From Candidatus Omnitrophota bacterium (GTDB lineage: Bacteria; Omnitrophota; Gorgyraeia; Zapsychrales; Fredricksoniimonadaceae), in assembly GCA_963828495.1 (NCBI GenBank), contig CAWHFJ010000009.1:31166-95165 (forward strand): DNA of 64,000 bases, read 5' to 3'. The notes beneath the pieces were generated by a model. That model was not told the DNA's origin. It ran no database searches and saw only the letters and a list, made by a program, of their open reading frames with translations. Numbering within the stretch: position 1 is the first letter of the stretch; each line of letters opens with the position of its first letter. This document shows, in pieces, positions 1 to 9,474 of this stretch. The position numbers were made by a program, and so were the translations under genes.

Positions 1-563
1 CAGCCCAACTTCAACGCAAGTGTGTAAACCTTGACTATTTGATCATAATTGCGGGGACTTAACGTCAGTTTGATCTCGATGGCCTGGTCAGGAAAACGCC
101 TTTTTACCTCTCGCATAGTGTGGACCGCCTTGCGGAAAGCCCCGGCTCCCCGCAACGCATCGTTAATTTTTTCCAATCCATCAAGGCTAATATTTAACTT
201 GAAACGCAAATGCCGGTTTCTCTGCACAAAGTGCACTATTTTATCTTTCAGCAGTCCATTGGTAGTGATACATTTAAAACTCCCCGGGTACATTTTTTCT
301 ACAAGATCTACGATCGCCTGCAGATCATCCCGCAGGAATGGCTCTCCCCCGGCCAAAGAGATATCGTAATCTTTGCCATATATCTGATAGCCTTTTTGGA
401 CAACTTTATCCGAGAGAATTCGGCTAATATCATCAAGACCAAGATCCGCACGACGGCCTGATCGATGCCACATGTCACAATGGACGCATCGACCGTTACA
501 CTTATCCGTAATGATCCAATTAATGGATTTCAGGCCCATTATTTCTTTTCCGATGTCTTCCAT
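1..563 (-). CDS. Radical SAM protein; 5' part of gene only (start ATG 561-563, gene runs off the left edge of the window)
   Basis: Minus-strand translation from 563 reads MEDIGKEIMGLKSINWIITDKCNGRCVHCDMW... with a CxxxCxxC cluster (CNGRCVHC) and GGEPFL / TTNGLL motifs typical of radical SAM cores. It is absent from the ORF track only because no stop codon lies inside the window. Confidence 0.6.
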   Translation of the reverse strand, partial: MEDIGKEIMGLKSINWIITDKCNGRCVHCDMWHRSGRRADLGLDDISRILSDKVVQKGYQIYGKDYDISLAGGEPFLRDDLQAIVDLVEKMYPGSFKCITTNGLLKDKIVHFVQRNRHLRFKLNISLDGLEKINDALRGAGAFRKAVHTMREVKRRFPDQAIEIKLTLSPRNYDQIVKVYTLALKLG

Positions 564-574
564 CCCCAAATATC

Positions 575-1624
575 TTGCAAGAATTACAAACCCTGTTATT
601 ATTTTTAGCGATGGAACGTCCTGTTCTCCCGCTAGAAATCGTTATTGAGATCACCGGCAGATGCCGGCTGCTTTGTCCTTACTGCACCCGTCGCAGAACC
701 GCCGACGCCCCCTTAAAAGACATCAAAGCAACACTGGATGAAGCCGCAAGTCTTGGCATTAAGGTCGTTCGCATCACCGGTGGAGAGCCCCTCCTGCATC
801 CGGATATCGCAACGATCCTCACTTATGCCAAATCAAAAAAATTGGCCGTCATTCTCAACACTGCCGCAGAGAACATCAGCCCTGCCCTCATGAAGACCAT
901 CATCACCAACGTCGACGCGGCACTTGTCTCTTTGCAAGGACATAACGAGAAGGCCAACGCCTCTTATACCCGTTCAAAGTTTTCTTTTCTTGATAAAATT
1001 AAAAATATTTTCCTCTTAAAGACCTATGTACCGACCTTGTGGCTGGGGACAGTCATTACCCCCGCTATGACGCGGTCTTTTGCAAAATTTGTTCCGCTGA
1101 TCAATACAATTAACCCCTCGGCCTGGATCCTGCTGCGTCCCATCAGCGGCTTGAATAAGGACCTAAAAAAAATGGACATCCCCTTCTACCGTGCCCTTAT
1201 ACTTCAAATCATGAAAGCCCGCCAAAAAAATATTAACGTCTTTATTGCCAACCCCATTCCCCTGTGTATCATAGGGGATCTGAGGATAGGCCAAGAAGCC
1301 TGCTTTGGCGCCAAATTCGACAACGGTCATGCCCGTATCGTGCGCAGTGCCCAAGGATTTTTTAAACCAAGCTACTTTTTAGAAACAAACTTAGGGGCCA
1401 CGATTAAAACGGCCTGGGGACATCCTTTTCTACGGGAACTTAACCGCACGGATTTTCTGCCAAACTTATGTCAACGCTGTCCTGTGCTTGACACTTGCCG
1501 CGGCGGATGTCGTGCCATGGCCCTTCACACCCACCAAACGGTCTTGGCGCCGGATCCGTTATTTGATCCGGCTATCGCCCAACAAGCCCTATCAAAGCCT
1601 TATCTAAAACATCCCTGCCCGTAA
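575..1624 (+). CDS. Radical SAM / SPASM-like domain protein
   Basis: CxxxCxxC (CRLLCPYC) near the N-terminus, a GGEPLL motif, and a C-terminal Cys cluster (CQRCPVLDTCRGGCRA). It is a paralogue of the divergent partial gene at 1-563. An alternative start at M13 (nt 611) is possible. Confidence 0.65.
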   Translation: MQELQTLLLFLAMERPVLPLEIVIEITGRCRLLCPYCTRRRTADAPLKDIKATLDEAASLGIKVVRITGGEPLLHPDIATILTYAKSKKLAVILNTAAENISPALMKTIITNVDAALVSLQGHNEKANASYTRSKFSFLDKIKNIFLLKTYVPTLWLGTVITPAMTRSFAKFVPLINTINPSAWILLRPISGLNKDLKKMDIPFYRALILQIMKARQKNINVFIANPIPLCIIGDLRIGQEACFGAKFDNGHARIVRSAQGFFKPSYFLETNLGATIKTAWGHPFLRELNRTDFLPNLCQRCPVLDTCRGGCRAMALHTHQTVLAPDPLFDPAIAQQALSKPYLKHPCP

Positions 1625-2792
1625 ACCACTCCTTAGGGATTTTTGAGCTGACTTTCTGACTAATCGTGGCCTCTTTAACCGCTCTTGTCAGAGTGTTCGC
1701 GGTTAGCTCTTGAATAGATAAAATCTTAGCCCCAATCATTTCTTTTAACATGACAGCCCTGGCTGGCTGCTCATGAAACGACATCGATCCATAACCCTCA
1801 AAAGGAATAACCACTGCTTTTTTCCTGTATTTAAGCAACATCACCGAGGTGTGATAGGACGCCACCGAAACACAGACGTCACTCGTCCTTATCAATCCCT
1901 CATAATTACCCACGGCCCTGAGCAACGCCAAATTATTAACCTTCTTTTTGGCGACCAGTGTTGAAAAGAAATGCCACTCCTGCGGTGTCGTCGACGGTCC
2001 TGCAACTACGGTCAAATAATATTCTTCCCCCAAGAGATCGCTGGCACGAACAGCCTGAGCGATCAGTTTAGGATAATACGCTCCCCCGCCCCGAAGAACT
2101 GCCACCCGGCAAGCGCCTTGGGGAACAGATGGTTTAGAAAGATGGGTATTTTCGTCCTCACGTACCACCTCTTGCCGGGGCAAAAGATACCCCGCGAATA
2201 TAATCTTTCGCGCATTTCTTTTAAAGAAATCTAAATATCTTTGCCTATCATAGGCTCGGGCAAAAGAATTAGCAATAAGGTCTTTCTCCAGAGCCGGTGA
2301 GAAAATGATAATCTGTTGATATAATTTACATATCTTCTGACGCCATTCATTATGGGCTCCTGTTAATAATGGATATCCTGCGATGGCCCATACAGTGGCG
2401 CCTTGCAAGGATACTTGAACCAAGGACGGAAGCAATTCATGACGGCATTCCTCACGGCCCAAAGGGAAAAATTCTGTTATAAAAAGATCCGGTTTTTGAA
2501 AGGTAACAATATCCCTACACGCCCGGCTACGCTCACCGGCATCGGCTCCTGCCCCATGGATCGATTCCCTAAAATTACGACGATCCACCCATGTCCCCGG
2601 TAATGAATAGACTTTCCCTAGTTGATCTATTTTGGCCTGGGGCTGCGGCATACCCGCCTGAATAAAAAAAAGGTTCCCTTGCGGAAACCTTTTTCTAAAA
2701 ACCTCACCCACCGCCATAACGCGGGAGGTATGGCCAAAACACTCATAATGAGAAAAATAAATACCTGCTTTAAAACAAATTTTACTGCGCAT
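1572..2792 (-). CDS. Putative GT-B fold glycosyltransferase (MurG/UDP-glycosyltransferase-like); tentative
   Basis: 406-aa ORF whose sequence and length fit a two-Rossmann-domain glycosyltransferase. No diagnostic motif could be confirmed by eye. Confidence 0.4.
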   Translation of the reverse strand: MRSKICFKAGIYFSHYECFGHTSRVMAVGEVFRKRFPQGNLFFIQAGMPQPQAKIDQLGKVYSLPGTWVDRRNFRESIHGAGADAGERSRACRDIVTFQKPDLFITEFFPLGREECRHELLPSLVQVSLQGATVWAIAGYPLLTGAHNEWRQKICKLYQQIIIFSPALEKDLIANSFARAYDRQRYLDFFKRNARKIIFAGYLLPRQEVVREDENTHLSKPSVPQGACRVAVLRGGGAYYPKLIAQAVRASDLLGEEYYLTVVAGPSTTPQEWHFFSTLVAKKKVNNLALLRAVGNYEGLIRTSDVCVSVASYHTSVMLLKYRKKAVVIPFEGYGSMSFHEQPARAVMLKEMIGAKILSIQELTANTLTRAVKEATISQKVSSKIPKEWFTGRDVLDKALIGLVGR

Positions 2793-2842
2793 TGACTGGC
2801 GGCTTAATAATTCTCCCCCAACATCGCGGCTCTCTTATATAG

Positions 2843-3112
2843 TTAATAGGATGAATGCGTCGTGATATTGGTGTGCGCGGCGCAATTAGGCGTCGGGCTA
2901 CCAGGAGTAACCGTATTCGTATGGCTTGTAGTGTCCCCGGACGAAATATCTGTCATGGCACCTACTACTCCCAACGCGGCGACGGTTGCCAATCCAACCT
3001 TTAAAATGGTCTCCTTGCTGACAAAACCGTCCTCATCTTTCATCAACTCACCAAGAGACCTAGTCATCGGGGTCGCTTTTTTAACGGCCTTACTTTTTAT
3101 TTTCTTTTTCAT
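2843..3112 (-). CDS. Small 89-aa peptide. Lys-rich N-terminus, hydrophobic core, Ser/Thr/Pro/His-rich C-terminal tail. Candidate radical-SAM/glycosylation substrate or small membrane protein.
   Basis: ATG at 3110-3112 follows a strong AAGGAG RBS, whereas the ORF-track start at 3163 lies inside the upstream gene. The sequence is MKKKIKSKAVKKATPMTRSLGELMKDEDGFVSKETILKVGLATVAALGVVGAMTDISSGDTTSHTNTVTPGSPTPNCAAHTNITTHSSY. It overlaps the 3' end of the upstream rSAM gene by 23 nt. Confidence 0.45.
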   Translation of the reverse strand: MKKKIKSKAVKKATPMTRSLGELMKDEDGFVSKETILKVGLATVAALGVVGAMTDISSGDTTSHTNTVTPGSPTPNCAAHTNITTHSSY

Positions 3113-4502
3113 AAGGGGCTCCTTGTGTCCAACGTTGAAAAATCTCAGCGTATTTGTTGTCACCCAACAGATAGGAAAAAACTAATCTGAACTGATGCGT
3201 CAAAATCTGCTGCAGGCGCGAATCCCCCTTGGGGATAATATTCTTCTCCACAGCGTAATTCACTACAGGATCTATGCCTCGCCAGGGGCTGTAAACCGAA
3301 CGATAATTCCACAGATCAGAACACCCGGCAGTTAATAGATACAGTAGATTTCCCTTATTAAGCATGTCGTCATAATTTAAATCCATGATACTCCCCAACC
3401 GAAAAATATTATCTTCTAACATCCTTGCTTCATCGGTAGGGTAACACCCACCATCCGGCGCGTACGCCATCACTGCGCGAGCAGCCCCGCAGGGATTCAT
3501 CATATCCACATAACCTGAATCTCTCTTTAACAAAACCTTGGTCAAAATGGTCCTGGCCGTCCGCTCGCTTAAATGAGAGCCGGATAAATTTAACTTCATA
3601 ATATACGCCATCGCCTTGGTATAAAACACATTAAATTCTTCTGCCGTATACCCGATATCTTCCCAGCAAGAACAAGCGTACCCTATTCTATTAACCGGCC
3701 TTAAAGCAATCTCCCCTTGCCCCAAACGCAGGTACTCATCAACAATTCTCTCAGGATGTGCTAACGAATGTCTGGTAATAGTCGGTAACAGGTGGATCTT
3801 ACGCCCAAATGCCTTTGAGAAATGCGTGATTTTCTCAACCACCTGGGCATGCGTCCCTTGCCCGTCAGCAAACATCTTGTTTTTATCATGCACATCTGCC
3901 GGACCGTCCAATGACGTACACACATCAACATCATGGTCTACTAAAAAACGCATTTTCTCATCATCCATAAGCAACAGATTGGTCACCAGAACAATGTTAA
4001 GATTCTTCCCTAATGTGTTGAACTTACGCGCATGCTCGGTCAAAAATTCAACCACCGGCCAATTAAGCAAGGGCTCTCCCCCTTGAAACTCCAGCGTCAC
4101 TGACTTGTTACGCACATCGAAAAGGTATTGCAAAACGCGACTGGCCGTCTCAATGGACATATCCTCAGCAGAAGACCCTCCCCGGGCATGACAATAAGAA
4201 CAATGGAGATTACACCGTTTTGTTACAACTGCAATATGAAGACTTGTATCTGTAAACAGATTCGCATTTAAGTTCCTGTACCCCTCAATAACGCGGCGTA
4301 TATTATCCTCATCTACGATCAATCCCCGTTCCAACAAACGATTAAATAAAGCGCCTCCTTCCAACACGCGCAGGCTGTGCAGTTGGCGGAACTCTTGTTC
4401 ATTCAAAGCGTCCCAACATCCCATCATGTTGGTCACCAAATATTTATCATTGATTTTTTCGCAATTATACGGAAGTATGGAGGCACAAACGGTTGTTGTC
4501 AT
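3090..4502 (-). CDS. Radical SAM peptide-maturase-like protein with a ~110-aa N-terminal extension (possible RRE) and a Cys-rich C-terminal region
   Basis: CxxxCxxC (CNLHCSYC) starts ~aa 108. A FQGGEPLL motif follows, and further Cys pairs occur in the C-terminal half (CSCWEDIGY, NPCGAARAV...GGCYP, AGCSDLW). A small peptide gene lies immediately downstream. Confidence 0.7.
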   Translation of the reverse strand: MTTTVCASILPYNCEKINDKYLVTNMMGCWDALNEQEFRQLHSLRVLEGGALFNRLLERGLIVDEDNIRRVIEGYRNLNANLFTDTSLHIAVVTKRCNLHCSYCHARGGSSAEDMSIETASRVLQYLFDVRNKSVTLEFQGGEPLLNWPVVEFLTEHARKFNTLGKNLNIVLVTNLLLMDDEKMRFLVDHDVDVCTSLDGPADVHDKNKMFADGQGTHAQVVEKITHFSKAFGRKIHLLPTITRHSLAHPERIVDEYLRLGQGEIALRPVNRIGYACSCWEDIGYTAEEFNVFYTKAMAYIMKLNLSGSHLSERTARTILTKVLLKRDSGYVDMMNPCGAARAVMAYAPDGGCYPTDEARMLEDNIFRLGSIMDLNYDDMLNKGNLLYLLTAGCSDLWNYRSVYSPWRGIDPVVNYAVEKNIIPKGDSRLQQILTHQFRLVFSYLLGDNKYAEIFQRWTQGAPYEKENKK

Positions 4503-4516
4503 AGAAAAATGCTTTG

Positions 4517-4993
4517 TTATTTCTTCTTCTTAGATGCTGTCTTTGCTTTCGGGGCTGTTTGTTTTTCTTCCGCCTCAAGCTCCTTGATCAAATTCTCGAT
4601 CTCTTTTTCTTCTGCCTCTTTGACAATTGACGGGGAAGCTGAAAAAAGAGCCCGTTGCAACAAAATTTTCATATTCTCTGCATTGATCTTCAAGCTGCTA
4701 AAATAATGCGCATAATTAAGCAGCTCATCGGAAAATTCCAATGCCAGCTTTTGCAGGTCTTGGGCACCATTTTTAGGCTTAAGCCAAACGGCGACTAAAT
4801 CCTTCTTTTCTTCCTCAAGCCTGACATGGGCCCGATCCATAAAAGCATATCCGGAAGAATGAACAGACTGTAACGGATAAACCTTCAAATCAACCGGGAC
4901 TTTAATCCAATCGTCTACTTTTTCAAATTTTGCTACCATAAATATTCCTCCCAGAAATGTATCATTAACTTGAAAAGTATACCACACCCCCAA
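4517..4993 (-). CDS. Hypothetical protein (acidic/Lys-rich C-terminus); a start at M19 (nt 4939) is possible
   Basis: ORF sits between the GT2 and rSAM genes on the same strand with 10-15 nt gaps (operon-like). No recognisable motif. Confidence 0.4.
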   Translation of the reverse strand: MGVWYTFQVNDTFLGGIFMVAKFEKVDDWIKVPVDLKVYPLQSVHSSGYAFMDRAHVRLEEEKKDLVAVWLKPKNGAQDLQKLALEFSDELLNYAHYFSSLKINAENMKILLQRALFSASPSIVKEAEEKEIENLIKELEAEEKQTAPKAKTASKKKK

Positions 4994-5006
4994 AGTATTC
5001 TACAAT

Positions 5007-5738
5007 CTAATTTTTCAGTTTGCCAGTTAGCTTCGATTGTTTTCGACCTTGGTAAATTTTGGATTTACTTTTATACTTTCTAAAATCCCATAGCCCCCTC
5101 CATCCATTACAAACCAGCGCCCTCCAAGAATAGTTAGAACATCCGGCCCTGCGCCTCTCATGCCTAACGGGGACAACCTTGAATCGAAAACCATGCCATT
5201 GAACCCAACTGGTCATAAAACAATGACCGTTCTCCCCGAAAGGGAATCCGTCGAAAACTCTGCGCCGGAATATCTTTAAAGAACACCCGGCATCCCTAAT
5301 ACGATCGCCCAAAAAAATAAACCGGCAAAAAAAAGCCAGCCATGACCCCATGCACCTGGCCCAGCTATCCTGCCGGCTGACCCGAGATCCCACCACATAA
5401 TCAAAGTGATCCTTATCTTGCCATAATTTAAGTAATTCTTCCGGGGGATTTTGAAGATCCGCATCCATCATAGCCACCCATTCCCCGCGGCTGGCATCCA
5501 ATCCTTCTTTCAGGGCCGCAGACTGCCCTCTCCATTGCTGACGGGCAATAACCTTCATATAAGGATACTCCCCCGCCAGATCATTTAAAATGTCCAGAGA
5601 CTTATCTGTGCTGCCGTCATCCACATAAATAACCTCATGCTGACCCGGTAATAATTTCAATACGCAGTCCAGGCGGTCTTGAAGCAAACGTAAAGACCCT
5701 TGTTCATTCAATACAGGAATAATAACCGAACAGTCCAT
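5007..5738 (-). CDS. GT2 family glycosyltransferase (polyprenyl-phosphate sugar transferase, DPM1/ArnC-like)
   Basis: N-terminus MDCSVIIPVLNEQ...VIYVDDGSTD..., then the DxD-containing MMDADLQNPPE, all typical of GT2. The ORF-track start (5807) overlaps the upstream gene, so ATG at 5738 is preferred. Confidence 0.7.
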   Translation of the reverse strand: MDCSVIIPVLNEQGSLRLLQDRLDCVLKLLPGQHEVIYVDDGSTDKSLDILNDLAGEYPYMKVIARQQWRGQSAALKEGLDASRGEWVAMMDADLQNPPEELLKLWQDKDHFDYVVGSRVSRQDSWARCMGSWLAFFCRFIFLGDRIRDAGCSLKIFRRRVFDGFPFGENGHCFMTSWVQWHGFRFKVVPVRHERRRAGCSNYSWRALVCNGWRGLWDFRKYKSKSKIYQGRKQSKLTGKLKN

Positions 5739-5742
5739 GTCT

Positions 5743-7275
5743 CTAAAATCTAGATAGGGAATAAACGGCAAAACGAGTATCCCCTTGTGTCCACTGTTTG
5801 ACCACAACGGCCTTACCCTTCTGTTTTATTAAAGAAACCGATTCCTGACATCTTCTCTGTGAAAATATGTCATCGATCAGATAAACTTTACGGGCCCTCT
5901 TAAAAGCCGCTTTCCTCCATAATGGTTCCTGCAAGAACCACCCTATATCCGTGGCCATAAAGGACGGCAAAGCGCTTGTAAATGTCTCCGGGAAACAAGC
6001 CACGGCCATGTCATGAGGAGTAACCATTTGTCCCACATCCTCCACCAACCGCATTTCCAATACAAATTTATCCGAACCCAACGGATAATGATTATAATAA
6101 AAAAGGTCCACGCCATAATGATCCCGCATAAAACCGCTGCCGCAAATACTTTGTTGTGCAACGCATACCTTTCTGCCGCCCATACCAGCCCTCCAGCCGC
6201 GCACAATACCAGCGGAGGGTAGAAAAAACCAAATAGCCGCGTCTTTAAAAACATGCCCCGAGTCTCGCCGTAATTCTGAAACCACATGGAAAAATACGTT
6301 AACGATAAAAGAAGAAGCCACCCTGCTAATACCACAGCGACTTTTTTTTCTCGCCGGTAAATGACTACCCACCCCCACATTGCCGACAGCGTCAATACAA
6401 CAGGATGAACACGGCCCATCAGAAAATCCACTCCATAAGAACTCGCATTGTGTAAAAAATTATCCATACTGACATTAGAACCTGTCCCGACCCAATGAGC
6501 CCAAAAGACATGTCTAACGCCTAAGATCATTTGCGGCATCAGAATTATGGCGGCCCAACATAACGCGTCAAAAAAAGGTAATTCTTTGCGTATATGTTTT
6601 GGCACAAAGAGCCTGCTACACATCAGGAAGAACAAAAATAGTAATACCGTTTCAGAGCGGACAAAAAGCGGCGAACACCCAAACAGATATGGCCAACCAA
6701 AAAATATGCCTATGCGTATGGCGATATAATAGAAACGAAAATGCAGATGCCCAAATAACGAAAAATATCGATGCTGTATGACTTTCCCCCGTAGCCGCCC
6801 AAAACATCCGGGCGGGGACAAAAGTGAATAACACCGCCGCTATAAATGCCACCCTCGAAGACAACCCTGCCCAAACCGCCAGAAAGAAAACCCCCACAAT
6901 AGAACCGGCGCCTAAAAGTTCAGATAGATGAATACTGACGTAATTATTAACGCCCTCCACAAGATATCCCAAAAAGATTAAAAACGCCCAGCCTGTGCTC
7001 TTGGGGAGATTACCCAAATGACCCGATGTCAGGATATTTTGAGCCGCGAGTTGATAATACGCCTCATCTTCAATAACATGTTTAGGGATCATAAAGTAGG
7101 TATAAAAAACGGCGGGCACTAATATCAGGAGGAGCAATCCCCAAAGATGGCCCCCTGGGATCAGACGAAATTCTGCCCAAAGTCTATGGCGAGCCCTCCA
7201 GACAGAAAACAACATCGCTAAAAAACTAAGTGCTATTAATAAAAATCGGCAGTAAGAAGATATGAGCTCAATCAA
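5743..7275 (-). pseudogene. GT-C fold (ArnT/PMT-like) membrane glycosyltransferase broken into three frames (two or more frameshifts)
   Basis: ORFs 6652-7275, 5943-6821 and 5743-6378 are consecutive, overlapping pieces of one polytopic membrane protein plus a soluble C-terminal domain. The frame switches coincide with homopolymers (T8 at ~6345-6353; G/C runs at ~6780-6810). Confidence 0.55.
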
Positions 7276-7287
7276 CGTCTTCCCTTT

Positions 7288-8733
7288 TTATGGCAAGGTC
7301 ACGATACCCAATGAATCTGTGTGCCCCGGATGAAGGGATAATCTGCGTTCCGTCCAAATCACGGTGTCGCCTTTTTTCACTAAATGGGACTTTTTGATGA
7401 CCTTAAACACCTCATCCGGCTGATGGGCTATTTTCTGCTTTAAAAAAAACGGATACACCCCATAAGAAAAAGTTAAAAAATGGCAGACTTCGGCGTGCGC
7501 GCTAAAAGACAATATCCAACAATGCGGTTTAAATCTGGAAATACGCCGCGCGGTCGTACCACTTAACGTCGGTGTCAGTATATACCGGGCATTTAACTTT
7601 TCTGCGGCCCCAACAGCATTCAACGATGTGACATCGGTAATAGTCAATGCGCGGCTCCCGGCAACTACATGGCTTATGTGACTGCCCTCATCATAAGACA
7701 AGTGGCCGCCTTCACGCTGCCGTTCAGTAACTTCAGCAATCTTAGCCATCATGCGCACCGTTTCTATAGGGTAATCGCCTATAGCTGTTTCTTCCGAGAG
7801 CATGACGGCATCTGTCCCGTCTAAAATGGCATTACTCACGTCATTGACCTCCGCACGCGTCGGACGCACATGCTGGGTCATAGATTCTAACATCTGGGTC
7901 GCCGTGATGACCGGACGCCCCATGATATTCGCTTTTTGAATAAGCTTCTTTTGAATGACCGGCAGCTCTTCAATGGGGGTTTCGACACCGAGGTCTCCCC
8001 GGGCAATCATCACCGCATCCGCGCTTTCTAGAATTTCATCGAAATTATCAATCGCCCCCCGTCGCTCAATCTTGGCCACCAGAAAAACCGACTTGCCCCT
8101 TGTTTTCGCCAATTGCCGCACCTTATCTATGTCTTTAGCACTTTCAATAAACGATAAACCAAAAACAAGAACGCCTTGCTTTAAGGCAAAATCCACTATT
8201 TCTAAATCTCTGTCGGTGATCGGGTTAATCCGTAATTTTGCCCCGGGCAGATTGATCCCTTTATGCGAAAGAAGTTTTCCTCCTGTCAGGACTTTGGCAT
8301 ACACATCAGACTTGCCCACCTTCTCTACTTTTAACTGAATAAACCCATCATTAAGATAAATAACGCTACCCTTGGCAACCACCTGCGCAAGCTGTTGATA
8401 CGCCACAGGAATCAGCGCATCCGTGCCGGAAACATGCCTGCTTGAAAGCACGACATGCTCATTTCTTTTAAGCCAAACGGCATCATTGTGAAGACGGCCG
8501 ACACGTATTTTGACACCGGGCAGGTCGACGATGATGCCAACCGGGCGTCCTGATTTGACCGCAGCCGCACGGATATTACGGATATTTTCAGCGTGCTCCC
8601 CAAAATCCCCGTGCGAAAAATTTAGACGGGCCACGTTCATTCCGCTTTTGACCATTTCTTCGAGCTTAGACGGCGAACAGCAGGCAGGACCAATCGTGCA
8701 AACAATTTTTGTTTTATGCAAAGGCAATTTCAT
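7288..8733 (-). CDS. pyk: Pyruvate kinase
   Basis: 481 aa. N-terminus KTKIVCTIGPA..., then RLNFSHG and MIARGDLGVE motifs and overall PK domain order. Confidence 0.93.
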   Translation of the reverse strand: MKLPLHKTKIVCTIGPACCSPSKLEEMVKSGMNVARLNFSHGDFGEHAENIRNIRAAAVKSGRPVGIIVDLPGVKIRVGRLHNDAVWLKRNEHVVLSSRHVSGTDALIPVAYQQLAQVVAKGSVIYLNDGFIQLKVEKVGKSDVYAKVLTGGKLLSHKGINLPGAKLRINPITDRDLEIVDFALKQGVLVFGLSFIESAKDIDKVRQLAKTRGKSVFLVAKIERRGAIDNFDEILESADAVMIARGDLGVETPIEELPVIQKKLIQKANIMGRPVITATQMLESMTQHVRPTRAEVNDVSNAILDGTDAVMLSEETAIGDYPIETVRMMAKIAEVTERQREGGHLSYDEGSHISHVVAGSRALTITDVTSLNAVGAAEKLNARYILTPTLSGTTARRISRFKPHCWILSFSAHAEVCHFLTFSYGVYPFFLKQKIAHQPDEVFKVIKKSHLVKKGDTVIWTERRLSLHPGHTDSLGIVTLP

Positions 8734-8751
8734 GGGCGCTTTAATCTCCTT

Positions 8752-9360
8752 TTATTTTCCATACATAAGTTTTAGCTGATAAACTTTCGGAAATTTAGAA
8801 TAAAATTCCCCTTGGGGGCCTATAAAGCCATTCCCCGCTCTTTTAAGAATGACAGCCGTGTATGCCCCTTTGTCATTCGGGATATTAACGGTATACGCGT
8901 CTTGTGTATCAGCGGCCATGAAAGTCGCACTATTGATAGTCTCCATAACCGGAGCCTGTAAAGCGGGCTGCGTTACGACAACCGGTTGATATATTGGCGA
9001 AGAAACAAGTACTGTATCATCTACAGGGTAATAAGAGCCATCATAATAGGGGCCACCATAATAGGGCCACCATAATAGGGGCCACCATAATAGGGCCACC
9101 ATAATAGGGCCACCCGGCCATAAAGATAAATTAATCCCCACAGAAGAATATCCATAATTATGACCATACCTATGACCGGAACTATACCCAGAACTATGCC
9201 CAGAACTATGCCCAGAACTATGCCCGGAACTCTGTCCCGAACTCTGCCCGGAACTCTGTCCGGAACTATGATTATTCCAATCCGCATAAGACGCCGCAGG
9301 CCGGATTATTAACAGACAAAACATCAAGACAACAAACAATGCCTTAAAGGTATTTCGCAT
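8752..9360 (-). CDS. Secreted low-complexity repeat protein with (S-S-G-Q/H)n and (Y-Y-G-G-P)n tracts
   Basis: Signal peptide MRNTFKALFVVLMFCLLIIRPAASYA, then SSGQSSGQSSGHSSGH... and Tyr/Gly/Pro repeats, encoded by 12-nt and 14/15-nt tandem DNA repeats. Confidence 0.5.
   Translation of the reverse strand: MRNTFKALFVVLMFCLLIIRPAASYADWNNHSSGQSSGQSSGQSSGHSSGHSSGHSSGYSSGHRYGHNYGYSSVGINLSLWPGGPIMVALLWWPLLWWPYYGGPYYDGSYYPVDDTVLVSSPIYQPVVVTQPALQAPVMETINSATFMAADTQDAYTVNIPNDKGAYTAVILKRAGNGFIGPQGEFYSKFPKVYQLKLMYGK
9036..9115. repeat. Tandem 14/15-nt repeat (ccaccataataggg[g]) x5 inside CDS 8752-9360
   Basis: Direct reading of the sequence. The unit encodes YYGGP on the minus strand. 14-nt units break the frame and are likely indel errors. 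Confidence 0.7.
9170..9270. repeat. Tandem 12-nt repeat (cccagaactatg and variants) x7-8 inside CDS 8752-9360
   Basis: Direct reading. The unit encodes S-S-G-Q/H on the minus strand. Confidence 0.7.
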
Positions 9361-9474
9361 AAAAGCCCTTCCTTAATTCTCGCCCATTATACCACCTGGA
9401 GATAAGGTGTCACCTTATCTCTTATATTAAACCGCCAACTTGAAGTTTTACCAACATAAGGTATACTTTAAGAG

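Noticed and set aside
49..461. ORFs 49-369 and 210-461 on the plus strand
   Set aside because: Antisense to the clearly coding radical-SAM gene on the minus strand (1-563). No motifs.
9036..9270. Short tandem direct repeats that could superficially resemble a CRISPR-like or minisatellite array
   Set aside because: Units are contiguous (no spacers), 12-15 nt long, lie inside a signal-peptide-bearing ORF and encode SSGQ / YYGGP peptide repeats. They are coding low-complexity repeats, not CRISPR.
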